Shown: positions 1 to 7,351, counted from the first letter of the stretch. The stretch is 16,891 nucleotides of DNA from Candidatus Cloacimonadota bacterium (GCA_023133395.1 JAGLWO010000424.1:1-16891), one strand, 5' to 3'. The notes: generated by a model not told the origin, from the letters alone. A program made the numbers and translations.

Positions 1-1
1 T

Positions 2-337
2 ATCAATGAGCAAAATATACTCAAAGCTTTAAAAAATGGAAATAGTTATATCGTTAACTATAAAATTGGAAATCCTTATGGATTTTATGCAGGAATAGTT
101 TCTCTTGAGGGAGAAAGCGCTGTCTTTGGTGAGAAGATAAATTATGAAAATGGATTAAAATTCTTCTTTCATTTACCCAAAATTGCAAAAGCAACTCTTT
201 ATAAGAACGGCTCAAAAGTATCATCAAAGAGAGATGAAAAGGGATTTTTCAAAATTAAGGAAAAAGGCAATTACAGGTTGGAAGTAACCCGCTTTGGATA
301 TGGTTGGATTTATACTAATAATATTTATGTGATTTAG
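2..337 (+). CDS. 3' fragment of a hydrolase-like gene (possibly the tail of a PHP / CehA-McbA-type metallohydrolase); the start lies left of the window
   Basis: Frame 2 is open from the window edge to TAG at 335-337. It translates to ...NILKALKNGNSYIV...GNYRLEVTRFGYGWIYTNNIYVI*. The ILxALKxGxSY and ...W.YTN.IYV ending recall C-terminal regions of PHP-family hydrolases; this is from memory and was not searched. It is absent from the ORF track because there is no in-window start. Confidence 0.5.
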   Translation: MNEQNILKALKNGNSYIVNYKIGNPYGFYAGIVSLEGESAVFGEKINYENGLKFFFHLPKIAKATLYKNGSKVSSKRDEKGFFKIKEKGNYRLEVTRFGYGWIYTNNIYVI

Positions 338-338
338 G

Positions 339-1034
339 ATGGAGAATTTGGAAAAAAAAGAAATTAAAATAATTAACCGTTTGATTAAAAAAAAAATCTC
401 TCGTATGAAGAAATCAATACCCAAAATCGTTGACCCAATGAAATTTGGGATTCACTCAAAAACACATTTTAAAGCTCAAGAATTTAAGGAACTAACGCTT
501 TTAAGAATAATTGATATTTCTGAGAGTGCTTTTGTGTTATATAAAAAAAAGAAAATTATTCCTGCTCTTCTATTAACCAGAGCATCTATTGAAACTTTAT
601 CAATATTTTACTATATGTATAATGAGGTGGATAAAGTAATAAAAGCGGAAAAAATCAATAATAACTTTATTACAAAATTAGACAGATTATTATTAGGAAA
701 CAAATTTGATAGAAGTGAAGAAAATTCGTTTGACCCAATAAATATTATGGATTGTATTAGAATACTAGATACAGTAGCAAAGGGAACCAACAAACAATAT
801 GATTTTTTAAGTGAGTTTTGTCACCCTAATGAATTTGGCTTATTAAATGGATATAGCACTATGAACAAAGAAAAAATATATTCAGAGCTAGATATAACTC
901 ACCTTGAAGGTAAATTTCCTCATTATTTTGGTATTAAAATATTATTAATTTGCTTAGAAATTTACAATAAGTTTTATAATAATACAGATAAAATGATTAA
1001 AAAGTTATCTATATTAACAAAAGAAGAGAAGTAA
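339..1034 (+). CDS. hypothetical 231-aa protein, Lys-rich N-terminus, no signal peptide, predicted helical; orphan
   Basis: Uninterrupted ORF. The ATG lies 1 nt after the upstream stop, and its own stop lies 3 nt before the caspase gene ATG, so it looks operonic. No hydrophobic N-terminal segment. I recognise no confident family motif. There is only a weak resemblance to AbiV/DUF5677-style helical proteins (LLRIIDISESAFVLYKKKKIIPALLLTRASIETL ... YDFLSEFCHPNEFG). Confidence 0.75.
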   Translation: MENLEKKEIKIINRLIKKKISRMKKSIPKIVDPMKFGIHSKTHFKAQEFKELTLLRIIDISESAFVLYKKKKIIPALLLTRASIETLSIFYYMYNEVDKVIKAEKINNNFITKLDRLLLGNKFDRSEENSFDPINIMDCIRILDTVAKGTNKQYDFLSEFCHPNEFGLLNGYSTMNKEKIYSELDITHLEGKFPHYFGIKILLICLEIYNKFYNNTDKMIKKLSILTKEEK

Positions 1035-1037
1035 CAA

Positions 1038-2756
1038 ATGAAACGAATTTTAACAATATTCATAATTTTATTAACGTTCACAAATGCTTTTACACAACAA
1101 TCTAAAACAGTTACTTTCAACAAAAAGCTTGGATGTGTAGATTTTGGGGTAGGAGTAGATTTTTATTTATCTAAAGTGACTATAAATAAATATGAATACA
1201 TTTTAAGATTTCATTTCACTACTGAATGGAATTCCTTAGGAAAGTGTAAAATTGACAATATATATGTAGGGAATTATATTTCGGTGACAACTAACGGTAT
1301 GACTTTAGGAAAAATGTATAACAATCCAAATGATAGACTAATGACAGTTACTGTTCCAAGAAAATATGACAAATTGTATATTACTGGAGTTGGTCCTGGT
1401 GATTGGAATTTTACTATTAACTTAGCAGAATTTGATTCTTTTTTTCCAAAAGAAATATCCTCAATAAAGAAAATCTCTAGAACAGTATATTCAACAGTTA
1501 AAGCAAATGTAAGAAATGGTGCTGGTACAAATTTTTCTAAATTAGGTCAACTTGAAATAGGTGAAAAACTAACTTTGAAAGAAGAAACTGAGAATTGGTA
1601 TAGATTTACTTCAAGTAGATTTTCTGATGGTTGGATTGCAAAATCATTAACAACAAAAATTCCTCCTAAACCAAAAGACAAAGAAAAACCAAAAATAAAT
1701 TTATACCAACCTGAATTAACAAATAACATTTTTAGGACTGAAGAATTTACAACAATTATAAAAGGTAAAGCGACCGATAATGAAGGTATATTTCAAGTTT
1801 ATGTAAATAATGAAACTACTGCTTTGAAAAGTAACAGACAATTTCAGAAAAGAATCAAATTGAAAATCGGGAAAAACCCAATTGAGATTAAAGCAATTGA
1901 TATTAATGATAATATATCAATAAAAGAGTTTCTTATTATTCGTGATGAGGTCATCAGAGAAAAAGAGTTTTCAGATATCGATTTTGCTTTTGAAACATCG
2001 AATAAAAAACCCAAAGCAATTGCAGTTGTTTTTGGTATTGAGGATTATCAATATGCTCCCAGCGTTAATCATGCTTATAATGATGCTGAAATTATGAGAG
2101 AATATTTAATATCTACATTTGGTCTGAAAAGAGAAAATATCTACTTTCGCTATAACGAAAGAGCAACCAAAGGGGAATTTGAAAAAGTATTTTCTGAAAA
2201 CGGTTGGATTGCAAAAAATGCTGATGAAGATTCTGAAATTTATATATTTTATGCCGGTCACGGAATTGCATCAACAGAGGATGGCAGTGCTTATCTAATA
2301 CCAAATGATATTGACCCAAATTATGCAAGCACAGGTTATTCATTAAATGAACTTTATCAGAACTTAAGTAAAATAAAATCAAAATCAACCATAATAATTG
2401 TAGATGCTTGTTTCTCAGGTGTTTCAAGAGAAAATGAAATGCTTCTTGCAGATTCACGACCAATCAGCATCAAAGTGAAACAAGGTTTGATACCAAAAAA
2501 TCTTAATGTTTTTTTAGCGTCATCTGGTAATGAAATCAGTTCAGGATATTCACAAAAAATGCATGGTTTGTTTACTTATTTCTTTTTAAAAGGTCTAAAT
2601 AAAAATGCTGACATAAACAATGATAAAAAAATAACACTTGAAGAAATGGAAAACTATTTGAAAGAAAATGTATCCTCTCAAGCAAGAAAAATGGGAAGAG
2701 AACAAAATCCTCAATTGCATACATCTGATAAGAACAAGGTTTTACTTCGGTATTAA
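1038..2756 (+). CDS. secreted caspase-family (peptidase C14) protein with an N-terminal beta-rich domain, an SH3b domain and an Ig-like spacer
   Basis: Signal peptide MKRILTIFIILLTFTNAFT. SH3b-like segment at aa ~150-204 (VKANVRNGAGTNFSKLGQLEIGEKLTLKEETENWYRF...DGWIAKSL). PKPKDKEKPK linker. C14 domain from aa ~324, with the His-Cys dyad in the canonical contexts IYIFYAGHG (His408, nt 2259-2261) and IIIVDACFSG (Cys458, nt 2409-2411). Confidence 0.9.
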   Translation: MKRILTIFIILLTFTNAFTQQSKTVTFNKKLGCVDFGVGVDFYLSKVTINKYEYILRFHFTTEWNSLGKCKIDNIYVGNYISVTTNGMTLGKMYNNPNDRLMTVTVPRKYDKLYITGVGPGDWNFTINLAEFDSFFPKEISSIKKISRTVYSTVKANVRNGAGTNFSKLGQLEIGEKLTLKEETENWYRFTSSRFSDGWIAKSLTTKIPPKPKDKEKPKINLYQPELTNNIFRTEEFTTIIKGKATDNEGIFQVYVNNETTALKSNRQFQKRIKLKIGKNPIEIKAIDINDNISIKEFLIIRDEVIREKEFSDIDFAFETSNKKPKAIAVVFGIEDYQYAPSVNHAYNDAEIMREYLISTFGLKRENIYFRYNERATKGEFEKVFSENGWIAKNADEDSEIYIFYAGHGIASTEDGSAYLIPNDIDPNYASTGYSLNELYQNLSKIKSKSTIIIVDACFSGVSRENEMLLADSRPISIKVKQGLIPKNLNVFLASSGNEISSGYSQKMHGLFTYFFLKGLNKNADINNDKKITLEEMENYLKENVSSQARKMGREQNPQLHTSDKNKVLLRY

Positions 2757-2765
2757 AGGATTAAT

Positions 2766-3662
2766 ATGAAATATCTGTTTTTATTAATTACTCTAATTTT
2801 TATTAGTTGTTCTGTAAACCAACATAATCAACCTGAACAGCCAAACAAATTAAATTCAATTTCTTTGATTCAAAATTCTAATAAATTGATTGATCTTGGA
2901 AACGGATGGTTTGAAGTAACTGAATCAATAGTAATTGAAAATATCTCACCAGAGGAAGCAAAAGAAAAAGCAATTCAAAAAGCGTGTAAACGAGCAATTG
3001 AATATTTCAGTGGTATCGAAATCAGTGGGAGAATAATTAATTTTAAAGCAGAAAATCAAAATGAAATATTACTCGATAATTTTGCTTCAATAACTAAACA
3101 AACTACACAGGGTATCATATTAGATAAAGAAATAATCAAAGAAGAAATTGTTACAAAAAATAATCAACTTCAAAAAATGGTGACTATAAAAATTCATATC
3201 GGAAAACAAAAAGGTGTAAAGGATCCGTCTTTCGAAATCATTTCAGAACTAAACAGAAAATATTTCAAAGATGGTGAAGAAATGGAATTATCTGTAAAAT
3301 CCTCAAAAGATTGTTACTTAACAATTCTAAATATTTGCTCAAATGATTCAGTTTATGTAATCTTTCCGAATGAATGTAGAAAAGATAACTTTATAAAATC
3401 AGGTGAAACTTTTTTACTGCCAAATTCAAAAGATAAAGAAATCGGATTGTATTATCCTGTTAATCTTCTTCCAAATAAAAATGATGATGTTGAAATGATA
3501 AAAGTAATTGCAACAAAACAGAAAATCAATTTTTCCTCAATATATTCATTTTCAGCTTATGGCACTTATACATCAACTCTGAAAGATTTGCAAATATGGT
3601 TGTTAAAGATTCCTCGAAATGAAATTGAAGAAATTGATTTGCAATATTTTATTCACAAGTAG
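2766..3662 (+). CDS. lipoprotein with a C-terminal DUF4384-like domain
   Basis: Lipobox LIFISC at the N-terminus, with an AAGGA RBS 5 nt upstream. The C-terminal block (aa ~160-255) reads DGEEMELSVKSSKDCYLTILNICSNDSVYVIFPN...NFIKSGETFLLP...VEMIKVIATK. This matches the DUF4384 pattern (gY.yv....dG.v..lfPn ... ag....lP ... e.l.viat). DUF4384 is known to co-occur with C14 caspase domains. Confidence 0.8.
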   Translation: MKYLFLLITLIFISCSVNQHNQPEQPNKLNSISLIQNSNKLIDLGNGWFEVTESIVIENISPEEAKEKAIQKACKRAIEYFSGIEISGRIINFKAENQNEILLDNFASITKQTTQGIILDKEIIKEEIVTKNNQLQKMVTIKIHIGKQKGVKDPSFEIISELNRKYFKDGEEMELSVKSSKDCYLTILNICSNDSVYVIFPNECRKDNFIKSGETFLLPNSKDKEIGLYYPVNLLPNKNDDVEMIKVIATKQKINFSSIYSFSAYGTYTSTLKDLQIWLLKIPRNEIEEIDLQYFIHK

Positions 3663-3704
3663 GTAATTAATTTGAAATTATGAAAAATTTACCGGAAAAA
3701 CGTG

Positions 3705-3884
3705 ATTCCCTTCCGAAGCCTTTCTTTTAAGTTTTCTGTTGTTTGAGGATTCGGAAGGTTGGAAGAGAAGATAGATTTGATGATGGTTATAGAGAAAAAA
3801 CTTTCCGAATCTTGGTTGATAGTATTTCTTTGCGGGAAGCTTCGGAAAGTGCAAGGATGAAAAATGATTTATGAAGAAGGGAAT
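3705..3884 (+). repeat. structured direct repeat, copy 1 (leader of the Y1 transposase gene) with two hairpins
   Basis: Hairpin A pairs CCTTCCGAA (3709-3717) with TTCGGAAGG (3750-3758). Hairpin B pairs CTTTCCGAA (3801-3809) with TTCGGAAAG (3841-3849). In each, an inner mismatch is followed by 3 further base pairs. The copy ends with an AAGGA RBS and the transposase ATG at 3864. Blocks 3709-3720, 3732-3760 (28/29), 3799-3819 (21/21) and 3841-3879 (38/39) match copy 2, while the loops and spacers differ. Confidence 0.85.
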
Positions 3885-4427
3885 TATTATCATATATATA
3901 ATCGTGGATGTAATAAAGAAAAGATTTTCTTCTGTTCTGAAAATTACGAATATTTAATCAAACGAATGAAGGAGAATCATAAGGAATATTTTGTGAATAT
4001 TATTGCGTTTTGTTTAATGCCGAATCATTTTCATTTCTTACTTCAACAGAAATCTAATATTCCATTGTCTGATTGGTTGAGAGTATTATTTTCGGGATAT
4101 ACACTCGCAGTTAATAAACAGCAAAATAGAGCTGGAACTTTGTTTGAAGGAAAACCAAAGAAAAGAATGATCGACAAAACAGAATATTTACAGCATTTAA
4201 TATATTATGTTCATTTCAATCCTGTAAAAGCAGGTTTGGTTTTTTCTCCTGAAGAATGGAAGTTTTCAAATTATCTGGAGTGTGTTAATAAAAGAGATGA
4301 TTATCCATTTGATGAATTGTTGATAAATGAATATTTTGGTTCAAAAGAAAAATATAAGATTTTTGTGGAAAATTATTATCTTGATGAAAAAATTGGGAAT
4401 AAGTTGGAGAAATATTTAATTGATTGA
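3864..4427 (+). CDS. Y1 HUH tyrosine transposase, IS200-like / REP-associated (RAYT-like), 187 aa
   Basis: YHIYNRG N-terminal motif. HUH motif in FCLMPNHFHFLL (His55/His57). C-terminal helix LIYYVHFNPVKAGLV carries the candidate catalytic Tyr114/115. Size and motif order are typical of COG1943/Y1_Tnp proteins. Confidence 0.9.
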   Translation: MIYEEGNYYHIYNRGCNKEKIFFCSENYEYLIKRMKENHKEYFVNIIAFCLMPNHFHFLLQQKSNIPLSDWLRVLFSGYTLAVNKQQNRAGTLFEGKPKKRMIDKTEYLQHLIYYVHFNPVKAGLVFSPEEWKFSNYLECVNKRDDYPFDELLINEYFGSKEKYKIFVENYYLDEKIGNKLEKYLID

Positions 4428-4608
4428 TTTTCCTTCCGAAGCCTTCTTCCAAATTTTCTGTTATTTGAGGATTCGGAAGGTTAGATGAGAAAATAAGATG
4501 TAAGGTTATTGTTGGGGGAAATAACTTTCCGAATCTTGGTTGAGAGAATTCCTTTGGTGGAAGCATCGGAAAGTGCAAGGATGAAAAATGATTTATGAAG
4601 AAGAGAAT
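4426..4608 (+). repeat. structured direct repeat, copy 2, starting at the transposase stop codon and ending just upstream of the yhaM-like gene
   Basis: Hairpin A pairs 4432-4440 with 4472-4480. Hairpin B pairs 4525-4533 with 4565-4573, with one A-A mismatch at the inner end. It retains GTGCAAGGATGAAAAATGATTTATGAAGAAG, which is the RBS plus the first codons (MIYEE) of the transposase. The reading frame then diverges into an 11-codon mini-ORF (4588-4623). Confidence 0.85.
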
Positions 4609-4619
4609 AGGAGAAATTT

Positions 4620-5567
4620 ATGAATAAAAAGATATTTGTAAAAGATTTAAAAGACCATTTTAACAAAGAAATAATCAGTGATTTTCTGGTTACTCAAAAA
4701 GACTTAAGAGAAGGTACTAAAGATTTTTACCTGAGATTAAAACTTTCGGATAGTTCAGGTTCGATTCCGGGAAATGTATGGAATAATGCCAAAATGATAT
4801 CTGAAAAGTTTGAGGAAGGGGATGTCGTTCAAGTAAAGGGCGTTATTATAAGCTATAAAAAGCAATATCAGATAACAATCAATAAATTGAACAAAGTTCC
4901 TGAGGAGGAATATAACCTCTCAGATTTTCTGGAAACCACTTCAAAGGATGTCAATAAGCTCTCTGATAGATTCTTTGAATATATTGATAATATTAAAGAT
5001 GTCTATATGAAAAAATTACTTTTAAATGTGTTTGAAGACAAAGAATTCTTTACTCTTTTTGCTCAAGCTCCTGCAGCTAAAACATGGCATCATAATTATA
5101 TCGGGGGATTACTTGAGCATACAATTTCAGTTACATCAATCTGTGAATTTGTTTCCCATCTTTATTCTGTAAATAAGGATTTATTAATTACAGGAGCTAT
5201 TCTACATGATATCGGGAAAGTTGCTGAATATAATGTAAGACCTACTATAGAATTCACAGTGGAAGGAAGATTGGTGGGTCACATTCCTCTGGGAGATAAA
5301 ATATTGTGTGAAAATGCTGCAGAGATAGACAACTTTCCCAAAGAAACATTAATGAAACTCAGGCATCTTATCCTATCGCACCATGGAGAATATGAAAAAG
5401 CATCTGCCAGGTTGCCCCAAACTCTGGAAGCTATCATACTTCACCATGCAGATAATCTTGATGCTCAAACTGTGGGAGTTATACAACTTGTCAAAGGCAT
5501 TAAAAGTGAAGATGCCATCTGGTCTGAATTTGATAAATTGAACAGCAGATATTACTATGTGAAATAG
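4620..5567 (+). CDS. yhaM: YhaM-like 3'-5' exoribonuclease (N-terminal OB-fold + HD domain)
   Basis: OB-fold-like N-terminus (YLRLKLSDSSGSIPGNVWNNA...GDVVQVKGVIISYKKQYQITINKL). HD domain motifs WHHNYIGGLLEHT, GAILHDIGKV, LILSHHG and ILHHADNLDA. At 315 aa it is about the size of B. subtilis YhaM. AGGAG RBS 6 nt upstream. Confidence 0.8.
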   Translation: MNKKIFVKDLKDHFNKEIISDFLVTQKDLREGTKDFYLRLKLSDSSGSIPGNVWNNAKMISEKFEEGDVVQVKGVIISYKKQYQITINKLNKVPEEEYNLSDFLETTSKDVNKLSDRFFEYIDNIKDVYMKKLLLNVFEDKEFFTLFAQAPAAKTWHHNYIGGLLEHTISVTSICEFVSHLYSVNKDLLITGAILHDIGKVAEYNVRPTIEFTVEGRLVGHIPLGDKILCENAAEIDNFPKETLMKLRHLILSHHGEYEKASARLPQTLEAIILHHADNLDAQTVGVIQLVKGIKSEDAIWSEFDKLNSRYYYVK

Positions 5568-5573
5568 GGGATA

Positions 5574-6359
5574 ATGTTTCATACATCAGTTTTAGCAAGT
5601 GGCAGCAAAGGAAATTGTATTCTTATTCGTTCTGAAAATACAATGCTCCTTCTTGATGCTGGGTTGAGTGGAACCAGGATTTCAGAACTTCTTAAAAGTA
5701 TTGATATTGACGAAAATAAAATAAATGCCCTTTTAATCAGTCATGAGCATAATGACCATATAAGAGGAGCTGGTATTATCTGCAGGAAATTTAATATTCC
5801 TTTATATTCAACCCGGCTAACGTATTCCGCATCCAGGAAAAAGATCGGGAAATTACCAAAGGGAGTAAAATTCTTTCAGAATGGAGATACAAACCAGATA
5901 GGTGATATCGAGATCAAAGCATTTCAATCTTCACATGATGTTGTTGATGGAAGTAACTTTATATTTAAAAAAATTGGAGATAATAAGCGGAAACTTGCAA
6001 TTGCCACCGACCTGGGTTTCAGTTCAAACCTTATGATAATGAATCTACGAGAATCAACCACGATAATATTGGAGAGTAATCATGATATAAAAATGCTCCT
6101 GGAAGGTCCTTATCCATGGTTTTTAAAGCAGAGGATCAAAAGCAGGCAGGGTCATCTTTCCAATGAACAAGCTGTTGGAGTTATCACAAAAGTGATTCAT
6201 CCGGGACTGAAGAATTTGATCTTAGCTCATCTCAGCGAGAAAAATAATCTACCTCAAATTGCAGAGAAATTAATGAAAGATTACCTGAAGAGTATAAACT
6301 ATAATTTGAATCTGGTAATATCATCACAATACAAAGCAACTCCTATGATTGATATTTAG
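5574..6359 (+). CDS. MBL-fold metallo-hydrolase (YycJ/WalJ-like)
   Basis: N-terminal LASGSKGNC...LLLDAG, the metal-binding signature LISHEHNDHIRG (HxHxDH), later SSHD and the C-terminal LAHLS. 261 aa. Starts 6 nt after the yhaM-like stop. Confidence 0.85.
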   Translation: MFHTSVLASGSKGNCILIRSENTMLLLDAGLSGTRISELLKSIDIDENKINALLISHEHNDHIRGAGIICRKFNIPLYSTRLTYSASRKKIGKLPKGVKFFQNGDTNQIGDIEIKAFQSSHDVVDGSNFIFKKIGDNKRKLAIATDLGFSSNLMIMNLRESTTIILESNHDIKMLLEGPYPWFLKQRIKSRQGHLSNEQAVGVITKVIHPGLKNLILAHLSEKNNLPQIAEKLMKDYLKSINYNLNLVISSQYKATPMIDI

Positions 6360-6376
6360 TTAATTTGGGAAAAATC

Positions 6377-7351
6377 ATGTTATCATCGATATTAACTCTT
6401 ATAATGGCACTTTCGAGCGTTTTGCTGATCATTGGTTTCGCAATTTTAATTAAAAGTGCATCTTTACTTATAAATGGAGCTTCGTCTCTAGCAAAAAGAT
6501 TTTCAATTTCAGAATTGGCTATTGGATTAACAATAGTAGCTTTTGGTACTTCCGCTCCCGAGCTTATTGTAAATATTATTTCAAGTGCGAGTGGACATAA
6601 TGAGATTTGTTTTGGAAATATTCTGGGGAGCAATATATTCAACACTTTAATGGTTCTTGGAATTGCAGGAATAATTTATCCCATTTCTATTGAAAAAAAC
6701 ACAGTAAAAAAGGAGATACCTTTTTTACTGGTAGGGACTATATTTGTTCTGGCTTTAGTTAATAACTTTGGATTTATTGGTCATGTACTTTCACGTTTTG
6801 ATGGTATTTTTCTTATTCTGAGTTTAATACTTTTTTTCATTTATGTCGTTGGAATTGCAAAAGAAAATATGACCGACAATATCGAGATAAAACTATATTC
6901 CATTTCAAAATCTGTTATTTTTATTTTGATTGGAATCATCGGACTTTTCTTCGGTGGAGAGATTGTTGTTAGAAACGCAGTATTCATCGCCAGGTTATTG
7001 AATGTGAGTGAAAAGTTTATAGCAATTACAATAGTTGCTCTGGGCACATCTTTACCGGAGCTGGTTACATCCATCATTGCTATCATGAAAAAGCGTCATG
7101 GACTGGCAATTGGTAATGTGATCGGTTCAAACCTGTTCAATATTTTTCTGGTTCTTGGGGTATCCTCAATTATAAATCCGATTGTCTTTCCTTTAGCTTT
7201 GAATACTGATTTTTACTTTTTAATTCTTATAACCATAATTCTTTTCATTACAATGTTTACGGGCAAAAGAAGAAAACTGGAAAGAGCTGAATCTATTATG
7301 TTCATCATTCTTTATATTGGATATGTTGTGTTCTTGTTTTATAGGAAATAG
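6377..7351 (+). CDS. CaCA-family Na+/Ca2+ antiporter (YrbG-like), polytopic membrane protein
   Basis: Two alpha-repeat signatures, GTSAPEL...GNILGSNIFN and GTSLPEL...GNVIGSNLFN, lie in a protein that is hydrophobic throughout. The ORF track begins at a TTG (6365). I prefer ATG 6377, which is preceded by GGGA, but either start is possible. Confidence 0.85.
   Translation: MLSSILTLIMALSSVLLIIGFAILIKSASLLINGASSLAKRFSISELAIGLTIVAFGTSAPELIVNIISSASGHNEICFGNILGSNIFNTLMVLGIAGIIYPISIEKNTVKKEIPFLLVGTIFVLALVNNFGFIGHVLSRFDGIFLILSLILFFIYVVGIAKENMTDNIEIKLYSISKSVIFILIGIIGLFFGGEIVVRNAVFIARLLNVSEKFIAITIVALGTSLPELVTSIIAIMKKRHGLAIGNVIGSNLFNIFLVLGVSSIINPIVFPLALNTDFYFLILITIILFITMFTGKRRKLERAESIMFIILYIGYVVFLFYRK

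Larger units (their letters stand above)
3705..4608 (+). mobile_element. candidate IS200/REPtron-like unit: repeat - Y1 transposase - repeat
   Basis: A single Y1 transposase gene is bracketed by two copies of a hairpin-bearing repeat, within a low-GC stretch. Cleavage sites and true ends cannot be defined from one window. The repeats are direct rather than inverted, which is atypical for REPtrons. Confidence 0.4.

Noticed and set aside
2113-2463. Minus-strand ORFs inside well-supported + strand genes: 224-424, 611-793, 1547-1729, 2113-2463, 5373-5582, 6343-6645, 6841-7086, 9143-9385, 14554-14939, 15070-15801.
   Set aside because: All lie antisense to ORFs with clear domain signatures (caspase, MBL, CaCA, C25 and others). 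Their translations are low-complexity or Leu/Phe/Ile/Ser-rich, as expected for antisense frames of AT-rich genes. None has a visible RBS.
3362-3371. Extra copies of the hairpin-arm 10-mer CTTTCCGAAT inside coding genes, at 3362-3371 and 13984-13993.
   Set aside because: Neither has a complementary TTCGGAAAG partner nearby, and both fall in ordinary codon contexts (IFPNE, LSEL). This was a post-hoc observation that may be chance. It would only become interesting if a genome-wide count showed enrichment.
1038-3662. Caspase gene as part of a known cytoplasmic antiphage system, such as a gasdermin-protease pair or a CBASS/Avs-type effector.
   Set aside because: The caspase protein and its DUF4384 neighbour both carry export signals, and no gasdermin, NTPase, cyclase or sensor domain is adjacent. 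A known cytoplasmic defence architecture therefore does not fit. It is retained only as a generic 'accessory module' hypothesis.
3678-4578. Two minus-strand ORFs (3678-3893 and 4285-4578) that encode similar peptides (...QPRFGK(F/L)F...), which could be mistaken for a small conserved gene family.
   Set aside because: Their similarity comes from the ~180-nt direct repeat. The conserved blocks coincide with hairpin stems rather than showing a codon-like substitution pattern. One also overlaps the 3' end of the transposase gene.
3705-4608. A CRISPR array, or a TnpB/IscB omega-RNA-type guide element associated with the transposase.
   Set aside because: There are only two repeat copies, each ~180 nt, separated by a protein-coding gene. 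There are no short regular spacers and no TnpB, IscB or Cas ORF anywhere in the window.
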